From Christensenellaceae bacterium (lineage in GTDB: Bacteria; Bacillota; Clostridia; Christensenellales; DTU072), in NCBI GenBank assembly GCA_031278175.1, contig JAITLB010000266.1, positions 1 to 47,459 of the forward strand: 47,459 nt of DNA. Reading direction: 5' to 3'. The notes beneath the pieces were generated by a model, which was given only the letters and a program-made list of their open reading frames with translations, was not told where the DNA came from and did no database searches. This document shows positions 1 to 9,035 of the stretch, in pieces (position 1 is the stretch's first letter; every line of letters starts with the position of its first letter). The position numbers were made by a program, and so were the translations under genes.

Positions 1-89
1 CCTTTGATTACGGTGTGGTAAAGTCCGTATTTACGATTCGGTTATATTGGGAAAAAGTGCTCTAATTGGGGGACAAGCGCGTAATTTTG

Positions 90-1319
90 CTAAATTAGTC
101 TAACTGGAATTAAGCAATCTATATTATTGATTGGTAAAGTGGTTTCGCACATACAAATAATTCCGCCACTTCCACGCAATAGTCCAACTTTGTCGATAAT
201 TTCGAATTTTTTTACCTCTCGTTTATTCGGCATTGCCGATAATTTAATTTCAAGTGGATGTATGGACTGTTCGGTTTGCACGAATAAGTCAATTTCCTTG
301 GTATTGGAATCGCGAAAATAGCTTATGTTGGGAACGATTGAGGAATATTCGTAACTTCTTAACAGTTCAGTTACAACAAAGGTTTCAAAGAATGCACCAC
401 TCGCCGCACCTGACATTAAGACTTCGGGCGAAGACCATTTTGTAAGGTAAGCACACAATCCCGTGTCCCAGAAATACAGCTTGGGAGTTTTGCAAAGACG
501 CTTTAAGAGGTTGCTGGAATACGGTTGCAAGAGGTAAATAATGTTCAAACTCTCCAACAGCTTTAACCAATTACTCGCGGTAGCTTGCGCGATTTCAACT
601 ATACTTGCAATATGCGCAAGGTTGAGTTGTTGTGCGGTTAGCGCCGCGCAGGCGGCAAGAAATTTTCTAAACTTTACGGTGTCCTCAACACGACCGATTT
701 CCATAACATCGCGCATGAGATATGAGTTTATATACGATTCAAAATACATTTTGCGTTCATCGCAACTTGCGGCTTGAACCGCTGGCATCCCGCCGCGCCA
801 TATATGCGCGAACACTTCGTTTATCTCGGTTGGGCTGGTTTGCTGTTCGCGCTTTAAGAGAAATTCCATATCAAAGGTAAGAGGCTCGACAAACCTATAT
901 CCGCAAAGCTCACTTCTTGACAGACTATGCAATTCCATGATGCCGATACGCCCAGCAAGACTTTCATTAACATTTTTCATCATGGAAAACTTCTGCGAAC
1001 CTGTCATCCAAAACTGACCTTTTAATTCCGAATTATCGCAGAGTACTTTAATTCGGTTAAATAGTCGCGGTGCCTTTTGAATCTCGTCTATTAAGATTGG
1101 CGGTTTATATCTTTGAAAGAACATCACTGGATCGGTTTGTGCAAGCTCTCTTTCTTCATCGTTATCTAAGCTAACGATCGTCCTGTTTTGCCCCTCTGCC
1201 AAATATTTTAGCGTAGTCGTTTTACCGACTTGTCTTGCTCCCGTGATTAAAAGCGCCTTAAAAAAATTACTCATTCGCAGGAACTTATCCTCAATAGTGC
1301 GGTGAATATATGAATCCAT
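90..1319 (-). CDS. AAA+ ATPase with DUF4143-like C-terminal domain
   Basis: 409-aa ORF. Walker A GARQVGKTT and Walker B-like PPILIDEIQ. Domain order is typical of AAA_14/DUF4143 ATP-binding proteins. Confidence 0.8.
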   Translation of the reverse strand: MDSYIHRTIEDKFLRMSNFFKALLITGARQVGKTTTLKYLAEGQNRTIVSLDNDEERELAQTDPVMFFQRYKPPILIDEIQKAPRLFNRIKVLCDNSELKGQFWMTGSQKFSMMKNVNESLAGRIGIMELHSLSRSELCGYRFVEPLTFDMEFLLKREQQTSPTEINEVFAHIWRGGMPAVQAASCDERKMYFESYINSYLMRDVMEIGRVEDTVKFRKFLAACAALTAQQLNLAHIASIVEIAQATASNWLKLLESLNIIYLLQPYSSNLLKRLCKTPKLYFWDTGLCAYLTKWSSPEVLMSGAASGAFFETFVVTELLRSYEYSSIVPNISYFRDSNTKEIDLFVQTEQSIHPLEIKLSAMPNKREVKKFEIIDKVGLLRGSGGIICMCETTLPINNIDCLIPVRLI

Positions 1320-1717
1320 GTTACAGCTCCTTCTATGATGTTTCCAAAGTGCAGTTATACAATATCATAAATAGTTAATCTTGTCAATAGAAACAGACAC
1401 GCGGAAAATCACTATGCTGTCAGAAAAGTTATTTGAACTACATTTAGCCGAAAAAATATAACCAAACCAAATTCAAACATAACGAAGAACCCCAATTTAT
1501 GTTTTGGAAAACACTCTTAGCGATGGTCGAATTTTGGCTGGTAATAAGGGCAACACATGACGTACACGGATCGCTATACATTGGCCTGCGACAACCGTGA
1601 TCGGCGCGGTCGGATCAATATATTGTATTTACCAAGCCTTAAAATCGCAAAGCACAGCGAACAAAACTCACGGGAGATACTTCCAAAGGATTTAATTTCA
1701 GCGGTTATTGATTTTAC

Positions 1718-1777
1718 CTCTAAATCCCAGTTTGGCACCCATGTAACACAAAAACACACCTCGATTATCCCATTTTT
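1718..1777. repeat. Direct repeat copy A (CTAAATCCC...AAAACACACCTCGATTATCCCATTTT)
   Basis: Ends exactly at the transposase stop codon (1776-1778). Aligns with 3594-3650. Confidence 0.6.
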
Positions 1778-3350
1778 AAGGGTCATTTGTGAATGGTATT
1801 TTGAGTGCGTTTAAATAGTCGCTTTGCCTTTTCGTTGGTTTCCTATATGTGAATGTTCCATTTTTTTTGATTTTGCCATTTATCATTGCTAACACATTTA
1901 ACGCTCTTTCTAATGTGTCTTTTGCTGGTAGCGCTGCCTTTCTCAACCTCTTTATTATTTCCGCCCGCAGAATTAGTGCTGTAAATATGCATAGCAATTT
2001 ACCTCTGAGTGTTTCAATATTGCGTACTTTGGTAGTGAGGAAGTCTAGATCGCTTTTAACTATGGAAAAGACTTTTTCTATTGCGTCTTTAGACCTATAG
2101 ATCTCCAGAACCTCTTTAGCTGTTAAATTATTTTCGCTTGAGAGTATAGCGAAAAAACCAAAATGTTCAACCTCTTCTTGTACGACCTGTTTATTTATCT
2201 GGTATCCTTCACTAGTCTTAATGAAATATTTTTTGATTAACATTTCCAATTTTTTTTCAGGTTTAACATCATCCAAATGCGACTTTAGTTCTTCAAAATT
2301 TTTGTTGAATGCATTGAGTTCATCTCTATATCTTTCGACACTATAATACAAATTAGCTTTTAATATTGCTGTTTGTGTGACAGAGGTATTATCTGGATTT
2401 CTGTAGCTTATTGTAATTGGATAATCTACCTGCATACAGTATGCGTTAGTTCTAGCATCGTAATTAGTCTGATCCCTCGTAGCACAAGCATGCTCTTTAA
2501 TTAGGGGTTTTACCTTCTCTGTAGATGATATTAAACCAATTATGAACTTAAACTGTTCAGAAAGCATGGTTTCTATATTAGATTTGGAGTCGAATCCCCT
2601 ATCTAAGCATAAACTTAATTTCTCAATATGATAGTATTCTGTTTGGCGCATTAAATGCTTTTTGAGTGACACATCAACTACGTTCCCAGGAAATTCTTCA
2701 AACCAAACTGGCAATTCTGTCTCTGAATTGAGTAGAATAGCTAAGTTAATTTGTGGCAATGAAACCTCATCTTCACTCTTTCCACACTTATCCAGCTCTA
2801 TATTTTCTGAATGTGAATTTAATGAAGTTGAGTCAAAATATAAACGTGCCTCGTTTATTTCTTTCATGCGCAACTCAAAAAAAGGTTCTAAATCCAGATG
2901 TGATAACCTTTCATAAAGTTCGGAAATTCGTTGCGAATTTAGACTCATATCAGGTTCAAGATAATTAAATCTTTTCCAGAATTCAATATCAACTGACACT
3001 CCCGATTTGTTAAATAAGAAACACGTTGCTAATGCTAATATGTTATCGTAATCTTCGGGAGCAAGTGCTTTTAAATCTTCTTTTAAATTTAAGGCTTCTG
3101 CTATCTCTGAAACGACATAATTCGCACCCAAAAGAGTAGGCGACTCGCCAGGTGTGTCTTTTTTGTGCCACTCTCGATTTTTAACTATCTCACCTGTAAT
3201 TTTGTCGACATGTCCAATTAGTGTTCTGCGACTATATTGTGACCGCTTAGTTTTGTGATCATAATAACAAACAGCTTCATACACGTAGACAGTTTTTGAC
3301 TTCGGATTTGTGTAATAAGTGTAATATGGTTCGCCCATAAATAGCTCCAT
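1776..3350 (-). CDS. IS1634-family (IS4-like DDE) transposase
   Basis: 524-aa intact ORF. The N-terminal pattern TVYVYEAVCYYDHKTKRSQYSRRTLIGHVDKITGEIV resembles the YVYE...IGK.D..TGE signature of IS1634-type transposases. DDE-like LCLDRGFDS segment present. Confidence 0.7.
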   Translation of the reverse strand: MELFMGEPYYTYYTNPKSKTVYVYEAVCYYDHKTKRSQYSRRTLIGHVDKITGEIVKNREWHKKDTPGESPTLLGANYVVSEIAEALNLKEDLKALAPEDYDNILALATCFLFNKSGVSVDIEFWKRFNYLEPDMSLNSQRISELYERLSHLDLEPFFELRMKEINEARLYFDSTSLNSHSENIELDKCGKSEDEVSLPQINLAILLNSETELPVWFEEFPGNVVDVSLKKHLMRQTEYYHIEKLSLCLDRGFDSKSNIETMLSEQFKFIIGLISSTEKVKPLIKEHACATRDQTNYDARTNAYCMQVDYPITISYRNPDNTSVTQTAILKANLYYSVERYRDELNAFNKNFEELKSHLDDVKPEKKLEMLIKKYFIKTSEGYQINKQVVQEEVEHFGFFAILSSENNLTAKEVLEIYRSKDAIEKVFSIVKSDLDFLTTKVRNIETLRGKLLCIFTALILRAEIIKRLRKAALPAKDTLERALNVLAMINGKIKKNGTFTYRKPTKRQSDYLNALKIPFTNDP

Positions 3351-3593
3351 TTTAATTTGATACGCATAATATACAATGAAAAATTATAGTTTGTCAAGTT
3401 GAATAACATCTAAATGAAATAAATGTATTGCAAATTTTTAATATGAAAGAACATTAGATTTATTTGGAATTAGTTAATGTTCACAGCACTTAAAATTGAC
3501 GCTACTACCAGCATACACTTCACACCGTAGGAGTTTAGGCAACAAATAATTTTGAATACAGCAATCTTGGTCAATTGGGGGTATCCGTATTAA

Positions 3594-3680
3594 GCCTAAA
3601 TTCCCGTTTTATGCGCATTCAACAAAAAAACACCTCGATTATTCCATTTTGTAACCTAAATTCCCGCAGGGCGCATACAC
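3594..3680. repeat. Direct repeat copy B (3594-3650) plus a partial third copy (3654-3680)
   Basis: CCTAAATTCCCG...GCGCAT...AAAACACCTCGATTATTCCATTTT is about three quarters identical to copy A by eye. CCTAAATTCCCGCAGGGCGCAT restarts the unit at 3654. Confidence 0.6.
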
Positions 3681-3957
3681 CGCTGGAATTCAGGTTAGAG
3701 CGTGCGATAAATCTTGTTCAATTGTAATAACAATGCTAGTTTTTAACCATTGGGCATAACAGTTTATATGATTCGATTTTATAGCGATAGTAGGATTGTA
3801 GCAGTTATAAATAGAATAAAACTAAATATGATATTAAACCTATAGCAAATCACCAACTAATAAAAGTCTACTTATTTTATTAATAAGTTTAATTCTTTTT
3901 CTGGGAAATAGTCATTTTGTTGTCCTGTGTTATCTCTGGCTCTTCCGTTGATTTCTC

Positions 3958-3986
3958 GATACTTTCTAGATGCAATATGATATAAT
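3958..3986 (+). promoter_or_regulatory. Candidate promoter with extended -10 (TGaTATAAT)
   Basis: TATAAT at 3981-3986 is preceded by TGa at 3978-3980. The -35 (GATACT) is poor. Sits upstream of the dead HTH/dcm pair. Confidence 0.35.
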
Positions 3987-4015
3987 TAATAAATTATTAG
4001 GAGTGATTATGCATT

Positions 4016-4202
4016 GTGAGTGATGAATTATTAACGATATCAGAGTCTGCTAATTATTTGCAGATATCTGATAAGATCGTTAGACGACTAATAAAAACAG
4101 TCTTTTGATTGCGTCAAATGTTGGGGATCGTGCTTGGCGGATTAAATTACAAGATATGAGGATTATTTGAATGTATATGGAAATAGCAAAAAACTGACGT
4201 AA
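4016..4202 (+). pseudogene. Excisionase/MerR-type HTH DNA-binding gene, frameshifted
   Basis: Frame 1 reads SDELLTISESANYLQISDKIVRRLIKT then stops. Shifted frames continue LIASNVGDRAWRIKLQD and EDYLNVYGNSKKLT. At least two frameshifts. Confidence 0.6.
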
Positions 4203-4216
4203 AAGAGGAATAAGAC

Positions 4217-5240
4217 ATGAAAAACACTAAAATTAAGTTTGCATCATTATTCTCTGGTTGTGGCGGTCTTGACTTAGGATTTGAACAGACTGGTTTCCAA
4301 CGCATCGGATCGAATGATTTTGACGAAAATGCCCAAGCGGTTTACAGACTTAATCTCGGTGAAATTGATGGACGAGATATTCTTACTGTTGATTAAGGCG
4401 AAATATCAGTGGGCGATATTTTAACAGCTGGATTCCCTTGCCAACCTTTTTCCAATGCTGGGAATAGAAAAGGTGAGGATGACTCAAGAGGTATGCTTTA
4501 TAAAGAGTGCTTGCGCATCATTAAAGCAAAGATGCCAAAAGTTATCGTGTTTGGAAATGTTAAGGGGATACTTTCATCTAAGTATATTGATGGTCGCAAC
4601 TTGCTCGAAGTCATAAAAGAGGATTTAGAAACTACATTTGATGAAAATAACATTGGATACAATGTTGTGTATAGGTGTCTTAACGCTAGTGATTATGGTG
4701 TCCCACAAAACAGACAGCGGGTTTTTTTCGTAGGAGTAAGAAAAGATTTAAATATAACATTCACATTCCCAAACGAGCAAAAAGCAAAACAAATCTAGTT
4801 CTTAATCAAGTTTTACATATTCCAGCAGAAGTTCCAAATCAAGTGCATTGGGGATTATCACCACAAGCACTAGAAATGTTAGAATATATACCTGAAGGTG
4901 GTTCTTGGAAAAACGTTCCTTACGAACATCTAGCACCACGCTTTAAAAAATTCGAGATAACATGAAAAAATACCACTCACCCAATTTTTACAGACGTTTT
5001 TCCAGAGCGGAGATATGTGGTACTATTACAGCATCTGCGCAACCAGAAAACTGTGGCATTATTCATCCAACAGAGAATAGACGCTACACAATTAGAGAAA
5101 TTGCATGAATTATGAACTTTTAAAGTCGACAGCTTCTACAGATACAAAATATGCCAATGCCTTTCATATGCCGAAAACAATTATTGAATATCAAGTGCCG
5201 CGCTATTTCATTTTGCTACAGGCATTGTACAATCATATCT
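4217..5240 (+). pseudogene. dcm: DNA (cytosine-5) methyltransferase, multiply disrupted
   Basis: Motif I FSGCGGLDLGF, motif IV GFPCQPFS and motif VIII QNRQRVFFVG are present. Lesions: in-frame TAA at 4394, premature TAG at 4796, at least two later frameshifts, and TGA at 5106 inside the TIREIA(R)I motif. Motif VI reads FGNV instead of ENV. The 3' limit is approximate. Confidence 0.8.
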
Positions 5241-5519
5241 GTGAAAAAAAGAAACTTAGAACAATCTAAAACTGATTTAACTAGACTTATTCGTTTCTTT
5301 GAAACAGGCGCAGAGAGCCCCTTGCTGGATTATACTTAATTGAGCACGGTATGCCTGCTGGAGTGCTCAGAGATATTGAACGAATGATGTGAATTTAAAG
5401 AACATGTCCCAAGATGGCGTGGTCACCTTGTCAGATGCAGGAGGAAAATACTTGGGTTCTTAGACATCTACGAAGCAAAAGCCTTTGCAAAACTTCTATA
5501 AGCAGATAAATTGCATTCG

Positions 5520-5548
5520 TTTACAAAATGCTAATTTTATGCTAAAAT
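5520..5548 (+). promoter_or_regulatory. Sigma70-type promoter of the XRE-hsdRMS operon
   Basis: TTTACA (5520-5525), 17-nt spacer, TAAAAT (5543-5548) with TGc extended -10. Lies 32 nt upstream of the XRE start. Confidence 0.55.
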
Positions 5549-5556
5549 GATGCTAA
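5528..5556 (+). promoter_or_regulatory. Three direct ATGCTAA repeats at exact 11-bp spacing (candidate operator)
   Basis: ATGCTAA at 5528, 5539 and 5550. They overlap the spacer, -10 and start region. An inverted near-copy TTGCATT sits at 5511-5517. Adjacent palindrome CTAAC-TTAAT-GTTAG at 5553-5567. Confidence 0.45.
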
Positions 5557-5579
5557 CTTAATGTTAGGAGTTAATCATT

Positions 5580-5777
5580 ATGAATTATGCCGAAAAAATC
5601 CGGTTGGTACGAGAAAAACTTATTTTCACACAACCAGCTCTTGCTAAAGAACACGGCATAAATGTAATAACCGTTAACCGCTGGGGAAACGGCAAATCAC
5701 AACCCAACTTTACGGCAAAGAAAGTTATACGCGAGTTGTGCGTAAAAACCTGTTTTGATATTGAAAAGCTTCAATAA
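5580..5777 (+). CDS. XRE-family helix-turn-helix regulator (65 aa)
   Basis: FTQPALAKEHGINVITVNRWGNGKSQP matches the XRE/Cro HTH pattern. GGAG RBS. First gene of the hsd operon. Confidence 0.75.
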   Translation: MNYAEKIRLVREKLIFTQPALAKEHGINVITVNRWGNGKSQPNFTAKKVIRELCVKTCFDIEKLQ

Positions 5778-5807
5778 CACCACATATAAGAAGAAGCAGG
5801 AGATATT

Positions 5808-8800
5808 ATGAGCAATTTTATTTTCTTAAAAGGCAACTATCCTGAGCTGTTTAAATTAGCTTTTTTAGCTGAACAAAATTATGTAAGAGATACTCAGATT
5901 TGTGTTTCAAAGCTAGGTGTCTTTTTAGAAAGTATAACAAAATACATTTGCGCTTATGAGCAAATTGAGTTATTATATGGCGACACACAAACAAATCGTT
6001 TGCGAGAACTAAAATATAAGAGCATTCTCTCTCGTGACATAGAGGAGGTCTTCCATGTTGTGAGAAAAATGCGAAATAAAGTGCAATACGAAAATTATGA
6101 TCCAACTCAAAGCGAAACCACCAACTTGTTAGGGTTTTGTTTTGATATAGCTATATGGTTCTTTCGTAATTATGCAGATAATAAGGCAAGCACACAAATA
6201 TTTTCGATGGCTAAAATAAAATTTGAAACCGAGGAACAATTATCGGCGGCAAAAGAAAAAATAGGGGAATTGGGAAAACAGCTTGCCAAAATTCGTTCAG
6301 TTAAAACGAAGCACTTATTTGCGAATTTTAAGTTTGCAAACACAACTAAAACCGAAGCGCAAACAAGAATGATTATAGATGAACAGCTTAATAAAGCTGG
6401 TTGGTTAGCAGACACAACAAATCTAACTTATAGAAATGGAACTCGCCCAGAAAAAGGCAAAAATATTGCTATAGCAGAGTGGCCGACAGATTCGGCATTA
6501 AAACAAAAAGGATTTGCAGATTATGCTTTATTTATTGGCGAAAGGTTGTATGCCATAGTAGAAGCAAAAAAAGAATCTGAAGATGTTGCTGCAACCATTG
6601 ATGTTCAAGCAAAAGATTATGCAAAGAATATAAAACCAGAGCATTCAAACTATGCTTTAGGCAATTGGAATGGTTATCAAGTTCCGTTCTTGTTTGCAAC
6701 CAATTCCAGACCATATTCCGAAGCAATTCCTACTCAGTCGGGCATTTGGTTTTTAGACGCAAGAAAAAATTATAACAATCCTTACTCATTAACTGCGTGG
6801 TTTAGTCCGCTAGACCTTGAAGAAAAATATAAGATGGACATTGCTAGCGCCAATGAAACTTTGAAAGAAGAAAATACAAATTATCTTGAAGACAAAGATG
6901 GTCTAAACCTGCGGGATTATCAAATTAAAGCGATAGCAAAAATCACGGATGCCATAATTGAAGGAAAAAAAGAAATGCTACTTGTTATGGCGACAGGAAC
7001 AGGGAAAACTCGAACTATTTTGGGTCTGATTTACAGAATGTTGGAGACAAACCGGTTCAAACGAATATTGTTTTTGGTTGACCGAAATTCACTTGGCGCA
7101 CAAGCGCAAGATGTTTTTAAAGAAGTAATATTAAAAGATTTGCTTACGCTTGATAAGATCTATAGCATTAACAATCTTGAAAATAAAGATGTTGACTCCA
7201 GCACAAGAGTGAGTGTAGCGACAATTCAAAGCATGGTGCGTCGTGTTATCCTGACTAATGAACCTTTTTTGCTTGCTGGATCTTATGACCTAATAATAGT
7301 TGACGAAGCGCATAGAGGGTACACCCTTGACAGAGAACTAAGTGAAGATGAGCAGTTGTACAAAAATGAAACGGATTATCTCAGCAAATACAAGCAAGTA
7401 ATAGAATATTTTGACGCAGTGAAAGTTGCTTTGACTGCAACACCAGCACTGCACACGACGGAGATTTTTGGCAAACCGATTTTTACATATTCCTATCGTG
7501 AAGCCGTTATTGATGGTTGGTTAGTCGACCACGAACCTCCTGTTAAAATTAATACTACTTTTAATACTCAAGGTCTCACAATAAAAAGTGGAGATCAGCT
7601 TGCCATTATTGATCCCATAACAAATGAAGTCGCAAACCTTGAAGATATAGATGATGAGCTTGATTTTGAAGTTGATGACTTTAACAGGCTGATTGTTGTT
7701 CCTCATCATACAGAAACAGTACTAAAGCAAGTTTCTCAATATCTTGATCCCGAAAGTGATGAAAAAACTTTGATTTTTGCTGTTGACGATAAACATGCCG
7801 ACCAGATTGTGGATACATTGCGCAAAATATACCAACCACAGCAAATCGATAATGATGCAATAATGAAAATCACTGGCAAAACCGCCAGCGGAGATTCCGA
7901 GAAAATAGGAAAAATTATCAAACAATATAAAAACAATCAATACCCTAATATTGCTGTAACTGTTGATTTATTATCTACTGGCATCAATGTACCCAAAATT
8001 TGCAATATTGTTTTTATGCGTCGAATTAGGTCAAGAATTCTTTTTGAGCAAATGATGGGCAGAGCAACGAGGCAATGCAAAGAAATCGGCAAAACTCATT
8101 TTAGTATTTATGATGCAGTTCAAGTATATGAAAATTTGATTCCTCTTTCTAACATGAAGCCTGTCGCACCAAGTGCTACCAGCACAATGGCAGAGCTTGC
8201 ACGGTCGTTAAGTCTTGTTTCTATTTCAGAAGAATTGAGAAAAGATAATATCAAAAAAATCATTGCGAAAATTAACCGAAAATTGAAAGGTTTGAGCGAT
8301 AATCAATCAGATCAAATTGAAGAATATATAGGTATATCAATTAATGACTATGTAGGAAAAATAAAGAATAGTCCTATTTATGAAGCAATTGAACTACTCA
8401 CAAATGACATTGACTTTTTATTGTTTATTGAAAATATCAAAGAAGAACGTAAACAAGGAAAATTTGTTACAGATAAAAAAGACACCCTATTAGAAACAAC
8501 TTATGGATATGGTAGCACGGATAAACCCCAAGATTACATCGATTCCTTTTCGGAATTTATTAAAAGCAACTACGACTCTATCGAGGCGCTTAAAATAATT
8601 TGCACAAATCCAGCTGAACTTACTAAGTCGCAACTTCGTGCTCTTAACCTTAAACTAAGTGAAAATAAATTTGATCAGACAAGTTTAAACAAAGCTTGGT
8701 CGCAACTAAAAAACGAAGAAATCATTACGGATATAATAAATTTAGTTAGACAAGTTGTATTAGATGAGTCACTCTTCCACCGCCCTGACTGGATTAATGC

Positions 8801-9035
8801 GGCATTTGTCAAATTAAGGAAAAACCATAGTTTTAATAAGATTCAGCAAAACTTATTAGATAAGATTCAAGTTTATATTACTCATGCTGGAATGCTGAAC
8901 AAAGAAACCTTCGATGCCCCGCAGTTTAGAGATGAAGGCGGTTTCAGGCGTTTCGATATTAAATTCGAAGGCAAACTGTCAGAGATCATCAAAGAAATCA
9001 ATACTTACATATATGAATCAAAAGGAGTAACCTAA
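5808..9035 (+). CDS. hsdR: Type I restriction enzyme R subunit with N-terminal DUF4145-like extension and EcoEI_R_C-like C-terminus
   Basis: 1075 aa. Nuclease motif FADYAL...AIVEAKK. Helicase motifs MATGTGKT, IIVDEAHRG, LTATP. AGGAG RBS. Confidence 0.92.
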   Translation: MSNFIFLKGNYPELFKLAFLAEQNYVRDTQICVSKLGVFLESITKYICAYEQIELLYGDTQTNRLRELKYKSILSRDIEEVFHVVRKMRNKVQYENYDPTQSETTNLLGFCFDIAIWFFRNYADNKASTQIFSMAKIKFETEEQLSAAKEKIGELGKQLAKIRSVKTKHLFANFKFANTTKTEAQTRMIIDEQLNKAGWLADTTNLTYRNGTRPEKGKNIAIAEWPTDSALKQKGFADYALFIGERLYAIVEAKKESEDVAATIDVQAKDYAKNIKPEHSNYALGNWNGYQVPFLFATNSRPYSEAIPTQSGIWFLDARKNYNNPYSLTAWFSPLDLEEKYKMDIASANETLKEENTNYLEDKDGLNLRDYQIKAIAKITDAIIEGKKEMLLVMATGTGKTRTILGLIYRMLETNRFKRILFLVDRNSLGAQAQDVFKEVILKDLLTLDKIYSINNLENKDVDSSTRVSVATIQSMVRRVILTNEPFLLAGSYDLIIVDEAHRGYTLDRELSEDEQLYKNETDYLSKYKQVIEYFDAVKVALTATPALHTTEIFGKPIFTYSYREAVIDGWLVDHEPPVKINTTFNTQGLTIKSGDQLAIIDPITNEVANLEDIDDELDFEVDDFNRLIVVPHHTETVLKQVSQYLDPESDEKTLIFAVDDKHADQIVDTLRKIYQPQQIDNDAIMKITGKTASGDSEKIGKIIKQYKNNQYPNIAVTVDLLSTGINVPKICNIVFMRRIRSRILFEQMMGRATRQCKEIGKTHFSIYDAVQVYENLIPLSNMKPVAPSATSTMAELARSLSLVSISEELRKDNIKKIIAKINRKLKGLSDNQSDQIEEYIGISINDYVGKIKNSPIYEAIELLTNDIDFLLFIENIKEERKQGKFVTDKKDTLLETTYGYGSTDKPQDYIDSFSEFIKSNYDSIEALKIICTNPAELTKSQLRALNLKLSENKFDQTSLNKAWSQLKNEEIITDIINLVRQVVLDESLFHRPDWINAAFVKLRKNHSFNKIQQNLLDKIQVYITHAGMLNKETFDAPQFRDEGGFRRFDIKFEGKLSEIIKEINTYIYESKGVT

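Larger units (their letters stand above)
1718..3680 (-). mobile_element. IS1634-like insertion sequence with flanking direct repeats; true ends unresolved
   Basis: Transposase ORF bracketed by same-orientation ~60-nt repeats. No convincing terminal inverted repeats seen. Confidence 0.4.

Noticed and set aside
1482-3588. Candidate terminal inverted repeats of the IS (ACGAAGAACCCCAATT at 1482-1497 against AATTGGGGGTATCCGT at 3573-3588, 13/16 matching).
   Set aside because: It is essentially one perfect 8-mer (CCCCAATT) plus scattered matches. That is expected by chance when two regions of several hundred bp are compared. No flanking target duplication is present.
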